A stretch of 64,000 bases of DNA, taken from positions 9,431-73,430 of the forward strand of contig ONCO01000002.1 of NCBI GenBank assembly GCA_900316365.1, read 5' to 3'. The DNA is from an uncultured Erysipelotrichaceae bacterium (lineage in GTDB: Bacteria > Bacillota_I > Bacilli_A > RFN20 > CAG-826). Shown in pieces: positions 1 to 9,600 of the stretch (within the stretch, counting starts at the first letter, position 1; each line of letters opens with the position of its first letter). A program made the translations under genes and the position numbers. The notes beneath the pieces are model-generated. The model was not told the DNA's origin, did no database searches, and saw only the letters and a program-made list of their open reading frames with translations.

Positions 1-927
1 CATACTTCCTCCGGCCGCGTCCCTTCCGGCGCAGGCTATACCTACTACGTCGAAAGGCTCCGTGAGGATTCGGTCGACGAAGAGGTCAAATACGCTTTGC
101 AGAGCATCCTCGACGAGAAGAGCAAATCGGTTGAGGAAGTCATGAAGGAGAGCTGCGAAATTCTCTCCCACATGACCAACTTAGCCTCGGTCGTCCTTGG
201 TCCTAAAGCCGAGGAAGAACACCTCCTCTCCGTCCAGGTCATCCCGCTTAACGAAAAGACCGCGACCGCCGTGTTCGTCACGGATAGGGGATATGTCGAG
301 AATAAGACCTTCATCCTCGATGAGGGCTTATCCATCGAAGACGTCACCAAAACGGTCGTCCTCCTCAATGACCGCCTCAAGGGCACTTCGATCTCGGACC
401 TCGTTCCGAAGATGGAGGCCATGAAGCCGGCCCTTAAGGATTACATCGTCGGACATGACATGGTTTACCAAGCCATCCTTCGTGCCTTCGTCCGCTTCGC
501 TGGAGAACGCATCAAACTCTATGGCAAGAACAACCTCTTCGAAACCCCTGAATTCACCGAAGACGCGAAGAAACTCAAACGAGTCTTGGAGCTCGTCGAT
601 GACCCAGAGGCCATGAGAAGAGCCTTAGCCGCCAGCACGAAAACCGGCGATGAAGGCGTCAATGTCTCAATCGGCGATGCCGAAAGCGGTCTCGAAGATG
701 TCGCCATTCTCTCCGCGGAAGTCAAGCTTCCAGGCGAGAAGAAGACGGCCATCTCCCTCCTTGGCCCGACCAGGATGGATTACGAAAGAGCCATGGGCCT
801 TCTTGATTACGTCAGCAAGACCCTCGACCAATACTTCAACGAAAGCGAAAGGAAAGGAGATTCCGAATGCCAGAAAAAGAAACCGGAACAGAAGAAGCAA
901 AGAAAGAGCAGCCCGAAAAAGAAATAA
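1..927 (+). CDS. hrcA: heat-inducible transcription repressor HrcA (5' end outside window)
   Basis: Frame is open from nt 1 (HTSSGRVPSGAGYTYYVERL...). HrcA-like C-terminal region. Lies directly upstream of grpE-dnaK-dnaJ. The 3' end overlaps grpE by 61 nt. Confidence 0.88.
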   Translation, partial: HTSSGRVPSGAGYTYYVERLREDSVDEEVKYALQSILDEKSKSVEEVMKESCEILSHMTNLASVVLGPKAEEEHLLSVQVIPLNEKTATAVFVTDRGYVENKTFILDEGLSIEDVTKTVVLLNDRLKGTSISDLVPKMEAMKPALKDYIVGHDMVYQAILRAFVRFAGERIKLYGKNNLFETPEFTEDAKKLKRVLELVDDPEAMRRALAASTKTGDEGVNVSIGDAESGLEDVAILSAEVKLPGEKKTAISLLGPTRMDYERAMGLLDYVSKTLDQYFNESERKGDSECQKKKPEQKKQRKSSPKKK

Positions 928-1463
928 AGAAGGGCGAGAAAGCCAAGCTTGAAGAAGCCTTGGCCAAAGCTAATGCCGATCGCGACTATTGGAAAAACGA
1001 ATATTACAAGGTCTTCGCGGATACCCAAAACCTCCGCAAGAGCCTTGAAGAAGATAGACGCAACGCCGTCAAATATCGCGCCGCGGGCTTCCTTGAGGAA
1101 CTCCTCCCGGCCTTAGACGGTTACTACAGCGCCCTCAGCATTCCGCCGGCAAGCGATGAGGTTAAGAACTACCTCGTTGGCTTCCAATATATCTACAACC
1201 AGATCACCAATGTCCTCGCCAATGAAGGCGTGAGCGAATTCGAGCCGAAAATCGGCGATCGCTTCGATGCGACGAATATGCACGCCGTCGATGCGGTGGA
1301 GGATGATGGCGAGCCAAACCGCATCATGAAGGTTTACGCCAAAGGATACAAACTCCACGATCGTTTGATCCGCGCCGCGATGGTATCCGTCAGCAAAAAG
1401 AAAGAAGCGCCGAAAGCGGAAGAAGCCGCTGAAGCGTCCGAAAATAAAGGCAACAAAGCCTAA
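867..1463 (+). CDS. grpE: nucleotide exchange factor GrpE
   Basis: GrpE-like sequence (coiled-coil N-terminus, C-terminal ...VYAKGYKLHDRLIRAAMV). SD aaggaga lies about 8 nt upstream. Positioned between hrcA and dnaK. Confidence 0.93.
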   Translation: MPEKETGTEEAKKEQPEKEIKKGEKAKLEEALAKANADRDYWKNEYYKVFADTQNLRKSLEEDRRNAVKYRAAGFLEELLPALDGYYSALSIPPASDEVKNYLVGFQYIYNQITNVLANEGVSEFEPKIGDRFDATNMHAVDAVEDDGEPNRIMKVYAKGYKLHDRLIRAAMVSVSKKKEAPKAEEAAEASENKGNKA

Positions 1464-1479
1464 AAGGAGAAATTAGATT

Positions 1480-3309
1480 ATGGCAAAAGAAGTTATCGTT
1501 GGTATCGACCTTGGTACCACCAATTCCGTCATCAGCTACATGCAGGCTGATGGCAAAGTCAAGGTCATCCCAAACCCAGAGGGCACTATGACCACCCCAT
1601 CCGTCGTCGCTTTCAAAGGTAGCGGCGAGGTCATCGTCGGCAACGCCGCGAAGCGTCAGTCCGTCACCAACCCAGACACCGTTTCCTCCGCGAAACGTAA
1701 GATGGGTACCGCCCACAAGTTCCATATCGGCTGCACCAACAAGGATTACACCCCGCAGGAAATCTCCGCCCGTGTCCTTGGCTATATGAAAGACTACGCC
1801 GAAAAGAACCTCGGCCAGCCAGTCAAGAAGGCCGTTATCACCGTTCCAGCGTACTTCAATGACGCCGAACGTCAGGCCACCAAAGACGCCGGTACCGTTG
1901 CCGGCCTCGATGTCGTCCGTATCATCAACGAGCCGACCGCCGCTTGCTTAGCCTTCGGCCTTGAGAACAATAAATCCGAAAAGGTCCTCGTCTTCGACCT
2001 TGGCGGTGGTACCTTAGACGTTTCCATCCTCGATATCGGCGATGGCACCTTCCAGGTTCTTGCTACCTCTGGTGACACCAACCTCGGCGGTGATGACTGG
2101 GACCACGTCGTTGCTGATTGGATCCAGGCTCAGATCAAGATTGAGACCGGTGCCGACATCAGCGACAAGATGGCTCGTCAGCGTTTCGTCGACGCGGCTG
2201 AAAAAGCCAAGATCGAGCTCTCTTCCAGCTTAGAAACCACCATTTCCCTCCCATTCATCGGTATGGGCCCAACTGGTCCTATCTCCTATGAGGGCAAACT
2301 CACCCGCGCCAAATTCCAGGATTTGACCAAGCACTTACTCGAACGCTGCAAGGCCCCACTCGAAAAGGCCATGAAAGACAGCGGTCTCAGCTATAACGAT
2401 ATCGGCGACGTCCTTATGATCGGCGGCTCCATCCGTATGCCAGCGGTCCAGGAACTCGTTGCCAAGATCACCGGCAAGAAACTCAACCTCTCCGTCAACC
2501 CAGACGAAGCCGTCTCCATGGGCGCTGCCCTTCAGGGTGCGGTCATCGCCGGTGACGTCAAAGACGTCGTCCTTCTCGACGTTACCCCATTAACCCTTGG
2601 TATTGAAACCCTCGGTGGCGTCATGACTCCGCTCATCCCACGCAACACCACGATTCCAACCACCAAGAGCCAGATCTTCTCGACCGCTGAAGACAACCAG
2701 CCAGCCGTCGACATCATGGTCTACCAGGGCGAACGTCCAATGGCTCACGACAACAAATTGCTCGGCCACTTCCAGCTTTCCGGCATCAAACCGGCTCGCC
2801 GTGGTCAGCCACGTATCGAAGTTACCTTCTCCATCGACGTCAACGGCATCGTCAAAGTCGCCGCTAAAGACCTCGATACCCAGCAGTCTCAGGACATCAC
2901 CATCTCCGGCTCCAACGGTCTTTCCAAGGAAGACATCGACCGCATGGTCCGCGAAGCTGAAGAGAACAAGGAAGCCGACCAGAAGCGCAAGGATGACATC
3001 GAAGTCAAGAACAAGGCTCAGTCCTATGTCGACCAGATCAACCAGACCTTGACCGAAAAAGGCGATCAGATGCCAGCCGACCAGAAGGAACAGCTCACCA
3101 AGCTCCGCGATGAAGCTCAGGGCGCTATTCAGGCCAACGACATCAACAAGCTCCGCGAAATCGTCGGTCACCTTGAAGATGCGGCCGCCGCTGCCTATCA
3201 ACAGCAGCAGCAGCAAGCTGGCGCTCAGCCAAACGCTGATGCCGGCAAGAAGGAAGGCAACGAAACCGCCGATGACGTGGTCGATGCCGACTTCACTGAC
3301 CGTAAGTAA
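1480..3309 (+). CDS. dnaK: molecular chaperone DnaK (Hsp70)
   Basis: Hsp70 signatures [18 protein letters not shown] and [11 protein letters not shown]. 609 aa. SD aaggaga upstream. Confidence 0.99.
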   Translation: MAKEVIVGIDLGTTNSVISYMQADGKVKVIPNPEGTMTTPSVVAFKGSGEVIVGNAAKRQSVTNPDTVSSAKRKMGTAHKFHIGCTNKDYTPQEISARVLGYMKDYAEKNLGQPVKKAVITVPAYFNDAERQATKDAGTVAGLDVVRIINEPTAACLAFGLENNKSEKVLVFDLGGGTLDVSILDIGDGTFQVLATSGDTNLGGDDWDHVVADWIQAQIKIETGADISDKMARQRFVDAAEKAKIELSSSLETTISLPFIGMGPTGPISYEGKLTRAKFQDLTKHLLERCKAPLEKAMKDSGLSYNDIGDVLMIGGSIRMPAVQELVAKITGKKLNLSVNPDEAVSMGAALQGAVIAGDVKDVVLLDVTPLTLGIETLGGVMTPLIPRNTTIPTTKSQIFSTAEDNQPAVDIMVYQGERPMAHDNKLLGHFQLSGIKPARRGQPRIEVTFSIDVNGIVKVAAKDLDTQQSQDITISGSNGLSKEDIDRMVREAEENKEADQKRKDDIEVKNKAQSYVDQINQTLTEKGDQMPADQKEQLTKLRDEAQGAIQANDINKLREIVGHLEDAAAAAYQQQQQQAGAQPNADAGKKEGNETADDVVDADFTDRK

Positions 3310-3312
3310 ACT

Positions 3313-3360
3313 AGCGAGATGCGGCGCCTCCCCAAGTAGGGTGGCGTCGCTCTCTTATTT
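3313..3360 (+). terminator. imperfect hairpin plus T-rich tail between dnaK and dnaJ (possible partial terminator or attenuator)
   Basis: AGCGA...CGCC..CCC-loop-GGG..GGCG TCGCT followed by ctcttattt. Confidence 0.4.
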
Positions 3361-3375
3361 AGAAAGGAGGGTGCT

Positions 3376-4521
3376 ATGGCAGAAACAAAACGCGATTTCT
3401 ACGAAGTTTTGGGCGTTTCTAAGAACGCAAGCAAAGACGAAATCAAATCGGCTTATCGTAAGCTCGCCAAGAAATATCACCCGGACATCAATAAGGATCC
3501 TGACGCCCCGAAGAAATTCGAGGAAGTCCAGGAAGCTTATGATGTTCTCTACGACGACAACAAAAGAAAACAATATGACCAATTCGGCATGGCGGCCTTC
3601 ACGCAGGGAGCCTCGACCGGCGGTGGTGGAAACCCATTCGGCCAAGGATTCTCCAGCCAAGGCTTCGGCGATGTCGATTTAGGCGATATCTTCTCTTCCT
3701 TCTTTGGTGGAGGCGCCAGACGTTCCTCTGCTAGAGCTAGGGGCCCACAGAAGGGCGATGATGCCTTATACCGCGTCCGCATCAGCTTCATGGACGCCAT
3801 CAACGGCAAAACCATCACGGTTCCAGTCGATTACGATGAGCCTTGCGCCCATTGCCATGGTACTGGCGCTGAGAGTTCTAGCGACGTTGAAACCTGCCCA
3901 TATTGCGGTGGCATCGGCTATACGACCGTCCAGGAAAGAACGATCTTCGGTGTTATGAACAGCCAGCAGACCTGCTCGCATTGCGGTGGCTCTGGCAAGA
4001 TTGTTAAAAACAAATGCCATCTTTGCGGTGGCAGTGGATATAAGCACATCAAGAAAGACCTTAGCGTCCGCATCCCAGCCGGCATCAACGCTGGTCAGCA
4101 GATTCGCGTCAAGGATAAAGGCGGCCGTGGTTATAACGGCGGTCCGAATGGTGACTTATTCGTCGAAGTATTCGTCTCCGACCATCCATATTTCACCCGT
4201 GACGGGAATGACGTCCACATGGATGTACCACTCAGTTTCGTCGATTGCGCCTTGGGTATTGAGATTGATATTCCGACCGTTTATGGCGAAGTCAGCGTCA
4301 AGGTCCCAGAAGGAACCCAGCCTGATCAGATCCTTAAACTAAAGGGTCGCGGCATCAAGGACTTACGCACCGAGAAGCCAGGCGATATGTATATCCATAT
4401 CAAGGTTAAGACCCCATCCAAACTCAGCAGGTCCCAGAAAGATCTCCTCTCCGAGTTCCAAAAACAAAGCGGCAAGGAAGAATCCGTTTATAATAAATGG
4501 AGAAAGGACTTCCGCAAGTAA
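3376..4521 (+). CDS. dnaJ: co-chaperone DnaJ
   Basis: J domain with HPD (KKYHPDINK), a G/F-rich linker, and four CxxCxGxG zinc-finger repeats ([32 protein letters not shown]). Confidence 0.98.
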   Translation: MAETKRDFYEVLGVSKNASKDEIKSAYRKLAKKYHPDINKDPDAPKKFEEVQEAYDVLYDDNKRKQYDQFGMAAFTQGASTGGGGNPFGQGFSSQGFGDVDLGDIFSSFFGGGARRSSARARGPQKGDDALYRVRISFMDAINGKTITVPVDYDEPCAHCHGTGAESSSDVETCPYCGGIGYTTVQERTIFGVMNSQQTCSHCGGSGKIVKNKCHLCGGSGYKHIKKDLSVRIPAGINAGQQIRVKDKGGRGYNGGPNGDLFVEVFVSDHPYFTRDGNDVHMDVPLSFVDCALGIEIDIPTVYGEVSVKVPEGTQPDQILKLKGRGIKDLRTEKPGDMYIHIKVKTPSKLSRSQKDLLSEFQKQSGKEESVYNKWRKDFRK

Positions 4522-4977
4522 ATGAACAAATTCATGCAAATGGCCATCGACGAAGCTAAAATCGGCGTCGATGCAGGAGATGGCGGACCATTCGGTGCCG
4601 TCATCGTCAAAGATGGTGTCGTTATCGGCAAAGGTCACAACAACGTAATCCGTTTGCAAGATCCTACCTGCCATGGTGAAATCATGGCCATCCATGAAGC
4701 CTGCGAAAAACTTGGGACCTTCGACTTATCCGGTTGCGAGATCTATACGACCGGCGAGCCGTGCCCGATGTGCCTAGGAGCAATCCTCTGGGCCAATATC
4801 GGCAAGATCTATTACGGATGCAATATCGACGATACCGAGAAGATCGGTTTCCGCGATAGTGACTTCTACCAGACCTATAGCGGCGACAAATCGGGCTTTA
4901 TGCACGAAATGGACCGCGACGCTTGTCTTAAGCTCTACGACCATTACGCCGGGATCAAGGACAAGCAAAGCTATTAA
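4522..4977 (+). CDS. CMP/dCMP-type zinc deaminase, most similar to guanine deaminase GuaD or a TadA-like nucleoside deaminase
   Basis: Motifs GGPFGAVIV, CHGE and PCPMC. About 150 aa. Close resemblance to B. subtilis GuaD as I recall it. Confidence 0.8.
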   Translation: MNKFMQMAIDEAKIGVDAGDGGPFGAVIVKDGVVIGKGHNNVIRLQDPTCHGEIMAIHEACEKLGTFDLSGCEIYTTGEPCPMCLGAILWANIGKIYYGCNIDDTEKIGFRDSDFYQTYSGDKSGFMHEMDRDACLKLYDHYAGIKDKQSY

Positions 4978-4990
4978 AATCGCTTGAAGA

Positions 4991-5013
4991 AAGGGCCATA
5001 AGGTCCTTTTTTC
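4991..5013 (+). terminator. rho-independent terminator after the deaminase gene
   Basis: aagggcc-ataa-ggtcctt followed by a T run. Confidence 0.7.
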
Positions 5014-5065
5014 TCGCCCTAAATGGGGAAAGATAGGTTATACTATCTTTTGTTTTGTTTTTGTT

Positions 5066-5500
5066 ATGCCACGTTGTAAGTATTGCCACTCAGAAATCAC
5101 GAAATTCGACACCGATATCTGCCCGAAATGCGGTGAAAGAAATCCAATCGACGATAACTATCGCACAATGGATATCACCCAGCACATCGATCCGCAGACC
5201 GGTGATTTCAAGCTATATAAAAGCAAAAGCAAGAAATTGACCCTCTTTTTGACCGCTTTGCTCGGTCCTTTGGGTATCGATGAGTTCTATCGTGGCTTCA
5301 CTGGACGCGGCGTTTCCAATTTGCTTTTGACCATCGCTGTTGTTGGCGGATTGGGCACTTGCTTCATGTTGCTTGATATCACCCAGTATTGGATTTACTT
5401 CGCTTTGTATTCCTTTATCTGGCTTTTGCATATCGTGAGAGCCATCTTTATGTCCAAGAATGATTCGCTTAAAGATGCGAGAGGGGAGTTCCTTCGTTAA
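5066..5500 (+). CDS. zinc-ribbon / TM2-domain membrane protein
   Basis: N-terminal CKYC...CPKC zinc ribbon. C-terminal hydrophobic TM2-like region (LGPLGIDEFYRG...). Confidence 0.7.
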   Translation: MPRCKYCHSEITKFDTDICPKCGERNPIDDNYRTMDITQHIDPQTGDFKLYKSKSKKLTLFLTALLGPLGIDEFYRGFTGRGVSNLLLTIAVVGGLGTCFMLLDITQYWIYFALYSFIWLLHIVRAIFMSKNDSLKDARGEFLR

Positions 5501-6152
5501 TGCAGCGCATCTTTGCGGAAATCGCGAATAACCAAGTCCTTATCAACGACGAGGATTTGCACCATCTAAAAGACGTTTTACGTCTTGATGTCGGTGATTA
5601 GAAGTTGTCGCGCCGATCGCCGAGAAACGTGAATTAGACAATAAACTCGCGATCGCCTGGAGCCTTTTAAAGGGCGAAAACAACGATTGGATCGTCATGA
5701 AAGGCACGGAACTCGGTGTTACCGACTTCCTTCCGTTCTTAAGCAAAAGAAGCATCGTTAAGGCCGATATCGGCTCTGAAGATAACCGTTTATCCCGCAT
5801 GAAGAAGATTGCGAGATCTAGCGCCCAGCAATGCCGTAGAGCCACGGTTCCTGAGGTTTATCCATATGCGAAATACCTCGATGTCCTCTCGGCTGACTAT
5901 GATGTGAAGATTTTCGCCTGGGAAGGAATCAATGGCGGAAGCGAGACTTTATATAAAGCCGCCCTCAACTTAAAGAAGGGGCAGTCTGTATTGCTCCTTA
6001 TCGGTCCAGAAGGCGGATTTACCGAGGATGAAGCCAAATTAGCGGTGGAGCATGGTTTTCAGGCCGTTTCCCTTGGCAGAAGAATCTTACGCGCGGAAAC
6101 CGCGGCGATTTATGCCGCTTCCCTTATCGGAGCAAGGAGCGAAGAAGAATGA
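5500..6152 (+). pseudogene. rsmE: 16S rRNA (U1498-N3) methyltransferase RsmE, interrupted by a frameshift
   Basis: N-terminal 33 codons (MQRIFAEIANNQVLINDEDLHHLKDVLRLDVGD) end at TAG 5599-5601. The RsmE body (LEVVAPIAE...KGTELGVTDFLPFLSKRS...LGRRILRAETA) continues in the -1 frame from 5598. Confidence 0.7.
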
Positions 6153-6937
6153 GCTTATTCGACCAACTTGCCAGAAAGCAGAGGAAGACCAGTTTCTATA
6201 GTTCTCCTCAGATGATGATGTTTAACGATAACCGCGTCCTTTTGGATCAGGTTCCGCTTTTCTCTCGTTTCATGAAGGCCACCGAGCCATTCGACATCAT
6301 TAGAGCCAACATCATCATTCAATCGATTCTTAATAAGAAGGCCATCGAAGAGGCTTACTCTGAGCAGAAGAAAGAGAAGAAGAACTCCAAGAAAAAAGAG
6401 TCCGAGGAATATATGAACGGAGTCTTGGAAACCTTGAATTACATGCCTCTCGAGGATGAGAAAATCTTCATTCCAATCTTCCCAATTTCCCTAAATCGCA
6501 TCTATTCAAAGGACTACGAGAAACTCTCTAAACCGCCTTATGAAGCCCTTCTTCATAACTATGAGGCTGTTGTAGTGGACCCCTTTGATACCTATGGTTC
6601 CGACATCTATAACACCTATTTCACGAAGCTCGTTCTCATTAAGAAAACCGATCTTGGTGCGGCGTATTACGATTACGATTCCGACGCAATCTACTTCGTG
6701 AACCATCAAGGTAGGTTGGATGGTAAACTCTGCTTATTCGACAAATATCTCTATCATCCAAACTACAATCACATCATTAAAAGAATCACGCCTGTCGTCG
6801 ATGCTTACTATAGGGAAAGCAAAGAGGACGTCGAAAGATTATTAGTAGAAAATAAGTTGATTTCTAGTAAGTTGATTTTAAAGATTAAGTCCGATGAGGC
6901 CCACAAATATTCCCTTATTTATGGAGACAATCATTAA
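6149..6937 (+). CDS. hypothetical protein (262 aa, Lys/Glu-rich linker)
   Basis: Long ORF coupled to neighbours by ATGA and TAATG overlaps. I recognise no family. Confidence 0.6.
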   Translation: MSLFDQLARKQRKTSFYSSPQMMMFNDNRVLLDQVPLFSRFMKATEPFDIIRANIIIQSILNKKAIEEAYSEQKKEKKNSKKKESEEYMNGVLETLNYMPLEDEKIFIPIFPISLNRIYSKDYEKLSKPPYEALLHNYEAVVVDPFDTYGSDIYNTYFTKLVLIKKTDLGAAYYDYDSDAIYFVNHQGRLDGKLCLFDKYLYHPNYNHIIKRITPVVDAYYRESKEDVERLLVENKLISSKLILKIKSDEAHKYSLIYGDNH

Positions 6938-8226
6938 TGCGTAAATATTACCTTTTTAGCCTTGGTTGCAAGGTTAATTCATACGAAAACAACGCCCTTG
7001 GCACCGCCTTTAAGGAAAAAGGCTTTGTTGAGGCTGAAAAACCGGAAGACGCCGACGTCATTGTTTTGAATACATGTTCGGTAACCGGAAAGGCTGACCA
7101 GAAATCACGTCAGCATATCAGCAAGCTTAAGCGCGCTAATCCTAACGCCTGCTTAGTCGTTATGGGTTGCTATTCTCAGCTCCATGCCGAGGTTGCCAAG
7201 AGCCTTGGCGCGAATATCGTCTTGGGCTCTTCGATGCGTGATGCCGTACCGTCTTTGGTCGATGCTTATTTCGCCGATCCAAGCCAAGAAGCAATCGTCC
7301 AGGTTAAGAAGAGTGTTCGTCACGAAGATTATGATGAACTTGGCGTCACTGCCTTCACCGATGCAGCCCGTGCCTACCTCAAGATTCAAGATGGCTGCGA
7401 TAACTTCTGTTCCTATTGCCTTATCCCGACTCTTAGGGGTAATTCCCGTTCCAGAAAGCCAGGCGCAGTCCTTCGTGAAGCCCAGGCTCTCGTTAATGAT
7501 GGCTATAAGGAAATCATCATTACTGGCATCCATATCGGTGGTTATGGCAAAGACTTAGGCGATGGTTCCTATCGTTTAGCTGATCTCCTTGAGGACATGC
7601 TTAAACAGAATCCAAATCTCTTCCGTTTGCGCATTTCTTCTATAGAAGAGAGCGAAATCGATGACCATTTCCTCGCCTTATTGGCCAAATACCCGAATAT
7701 CGTCGATCATCTCCATATTCCATTGCAGTCTGGCTCTAGCACCGTCCTTCAGAGGATGCGCCGCAAATACGACACCGAGGCCTTTATTGAGAAAATAAGG
7801 AGAATCCGCGAGATTCGCCCTGATATCGCCATCACGACCGACGTTATCGCCGGCTTCCCGATGGAAAGCGATGAGGAGTGGAAGGAAACTGTTTCTTTCT
7901 GCGAACGAGTCAACTTCAGCGAGATCCATGTCTTCCCATTCTCCTCTAGGCCTGGTACCTTCGCCGCATCCTTAAAGGATTTAGATCCTTCCATTAAGAA
8001 GGCTAGGGTCCATGAGCTCTTGGAATTATCCAAAAAGATGCGCGAAGCCTATAAGGAAAGGTTCTATGGCAAAACCATGGAAATCCTTGTCGAGGATTAT
8101 AACGAAGAGAAGAAGATGTCTACCGGCCATACTTCCAATTACTTATTAGTGCAGATTCCAAGCGAAAAACCCGCTCACGGAAGCGTAGAAAGTGTAATTT
8201 ATAATCCTTCGATTGCTGCTGACTAA
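6937..8226 (+). CDS. mtaB: tRNA t6A37 methylthiotransferase MtaB (radical SAM MiaB/RimO family)
   Basis: UPF0004 N-domain (LGCKVNSYE), radical-SAM CDNFCSYC, C-terminal TRAM-like region. Follows rsmE, as yqeU-yqeV do in Bacillus. Confidence 0.85.
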   Translation: MRKYYLFSLGCKVNSYENNALGTAFKEKGFVEAEKPEDADVIVLNTCSVTGKADQKSRQHISKLKRANPNACLVVMGCYSQLHAEVAKSLGANIVLGSSMRDAVPSLVDAYFADPSQEAIVQVKKSVRHEDYDELGVTAFTDAARAYLKIQDGCDNFCSYCLIPTLRGNSRSRKPGAVLREAQALVNDGYKEIIITGIHIGGYGKDLGDGSYRLADLLEDMLKQNPNLFRLRISSIEESEIDDHFLALLAKYPNIVDHLHIPLQSGSSTVLQRMRRKYDTEAFIEKIRRIREIRPDIAITTDVIAGFPMESDEEWKETVSFCERVNFSEIHVFPFSSRPGTFAASLKDLDPSIKKARVHELLELSKKMREAYKERFYGKTMEILVEDYNEEKKMSTGHTSNYLLVQIPSEKPAHGSVESVIYNPSIAAD

Positions 8227-8261
8227 TTTAAAAGAATTTTGACATTGTCTAAGCAAAATTA

Positions 8262-8289
8262 TTGATTCCTGCGTCTACGCATGTACAAT
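8262..8289 (+). promoter_or_regulatory. candidate sigma-A promoter of rpmF
   Basis: TTGATT, 16-nt spacer, TACAAT. About 30 nt upstream of the SD/ATG. Confidence 0.45.
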
Positions 8290-8318
8290 ATCCCTCGCTT
8301 TGAAAGGAGAGAACGATC

Positions 8319-8504
8319 ATGGCAGTCCCACAGAGAAGAACTAGCAAAACTCGTAAAAGACTTCGTCGCACTCATTTCAAACTCGAAGTGTCCGGCTTAG
8401 TGACCTGCCCACATTGTGGCGCCACCATCAGGGCTCATCGTGTTTGCCCAGAATGCGGATACTACAATGGCAAGCAAGTCATTGCTGTTAAGAAATCCAA
8501 ATAA
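8319..8504 (+). CDS. rpmF: 50S ribosomal protein L32
   Basis: [19 protein letters not shown]... with CPHCG...CPECG zinc ribbon. Confidence 0.95.
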   Translation: MAVPQRRTSKTRKRLRRTHFKLEVSGLVTCPHCGATIRAHRVCPECGYYNGKQVIAVKKSK

Positions 8505-8519
8505 GTTTGCAAAGCAATA

Positions 8520-8548
8520 GGCGCGGGGAAATCCCGCGCCTTTCTTTA
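8520..8548 (+). terminator. rho-independent terminator after rpmF
   Basis: ggcgcggg-gaaat-cccgcgcc followed by tttcttt. Confidence 0.85.
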
Positions 8549-8592
8549 TCTTTTCTATGAGAAAGGTTACAATTTTCTATTGGAGGCATAAC

Positions 8593-9234
8593 ATGCAGTA
8601 CAACAAATTCATTGATCACACCTTACTTAAACCAGACGCCACGTTAGCCGGAATCAAGAAACTCTGCGCTGAAGCCAGAGAATACGATTTCATGTCCGTC
8701 TGCGTTAATCCTTTCTTCGTCCCAGTCGCTAAGAAGCTTTTGGCTGGCAGCGATGTCAAAGTCTGCACCGTCATCGGTTTCCCGTTGGGTGCGAATACTC
8801 CGTATATCAAGGCCGTTGAGGCTAAGAAAGCCATCGACGATGGCGCGGATGAAATCGACATGGTTATCAATGTTTCCATGGCCAAAGAGCACGATTACGA
8901 ATATATCGAGAACGAGGTTCGCCTTGTTCGCGAGGCCTCTGAAGGCAAGACCCTTAAGGTCATCCTCGAAACCTGCCTTCTCACCGATGATGAAATCATC
9001 GCGACCAGCAAAGCCAGCAAAGCCGCTGGCGCGGACTTCGTGAAGACCTCGACCGGTTTCTCCAAAGGCGGCGCGACCGTTGAGGCCGTTAAGCTTATGC
9101 GCGAAGCCGTTGGACCTGATATGGGCGTCAAGGCCAGTGGTGGTATCCATACCCGCAAGGAAATGCTCGCCATGATCGAAGCCGGAGCCACCCGCATCGG
9201 TGCTTCTTGCGGTGTCGAACTCATGAAGGAATAA
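8593..9234 (+). CDS. deoC: deoxyribose-phosphate aldolase
   Basis: DeoC motifs ([26 protein letters not shown]). ATG at 8593 is preceded by SD ggagg. The longer ORF beginning at 8557 is unlikely. Confidence 0.93.
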   Translation: MQYNKFIDHTLLKPDATLAGIKKLCAEAREYDFMSVCVNPFFVPVAKKLLAGSDVKVCTVIGFPLGANTPYIKAVEAKKAIDDGADEIDMVINVSMAKEHDYEYIENEVRLVREASEGKTLKVILETCLLTDDEIIATSKASKAAGADFVKTSTGFSKGGATVEAVKLMREAVGPDMGVKASGGIHTRKEMLAMIEAGATRIGASCGVELMKE

Positions 9235-9321
9235 CGAATTCCTCTCTCCCAAGCGAAAATGATTGCTTTTAGCCTTCCAAACCATTAGGATTAACCAGGT
9301 TCAGGAAGGAAGTGAAATCTG

Positions 9322-9498
9322 ATGGCAATCAAAACTGTCGTTCGTGAAGGCGAAACCCTCGACGATGCGATGCGCCGCTTCAAGAGAAGCGTCAACAAGT
9401 CTGGCGTCTTACTCGAGACCAGAAAGCACGAAGCCTACCTCAAGAAGGGCTTAAAGCGTAAGCAGAAGTCCGAACTCGCCCGCCGCAAAAAGTGGTAA
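9322..9498 (+). CDS. rpsU: 30S ribosomal protein S21 (58 aa; too short for the ORF track)
   Basis: Translation [60 protein letters not shown] aggaagg upstream. Confidence 0.9.
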   Translation: MAIKTVVREGETLDDAMRRFKRSVNKSGVLLETRKHEAYLKKGLKRKQKSELARRKKW

Positions 9499-9521
9499 GC
9501 GAATAATTCAGATTCCAAATA

Positions 9522-9547
9522 CCTCCGATTATGTCGGAGGTTTTTTG
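9522..9547 (+). terminator. rho-independent terminator after rpsU
   Basis: cctccga-ttatg-tcggagg followed by tttttt. Confidence 0.9.
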
Positions 9548-9600
9548 TTACTTTTAAAAATTTTTGATGCAAAGACGATTTTGCTTACTACTTACTAAGT

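Noticed and set aside
867-927. 61-nt overlap of hrcA and grpE as a sign of a frameshift or mis-call
   Set aside because: grpE has a good SD and a plausible N-terminus at 867. The hrcA frame simply runs on into a Lys-rich tail. The overlap is unusual, but neither gene shows a disrupted conserved region.
8644-9285. Long antisense ORFs overlapping well-supported genes (8644-9285 over deoC; 2590-3216 over dnaK; 45134-45805 over tkt; 49817-50398 over relA)
   Set aside because: They lie fully within strongly conserved genes on the opposite strand. Their products are low-complexity, and they have no SD or independent support. They are typical shadow ORFs of codon-biased genes.
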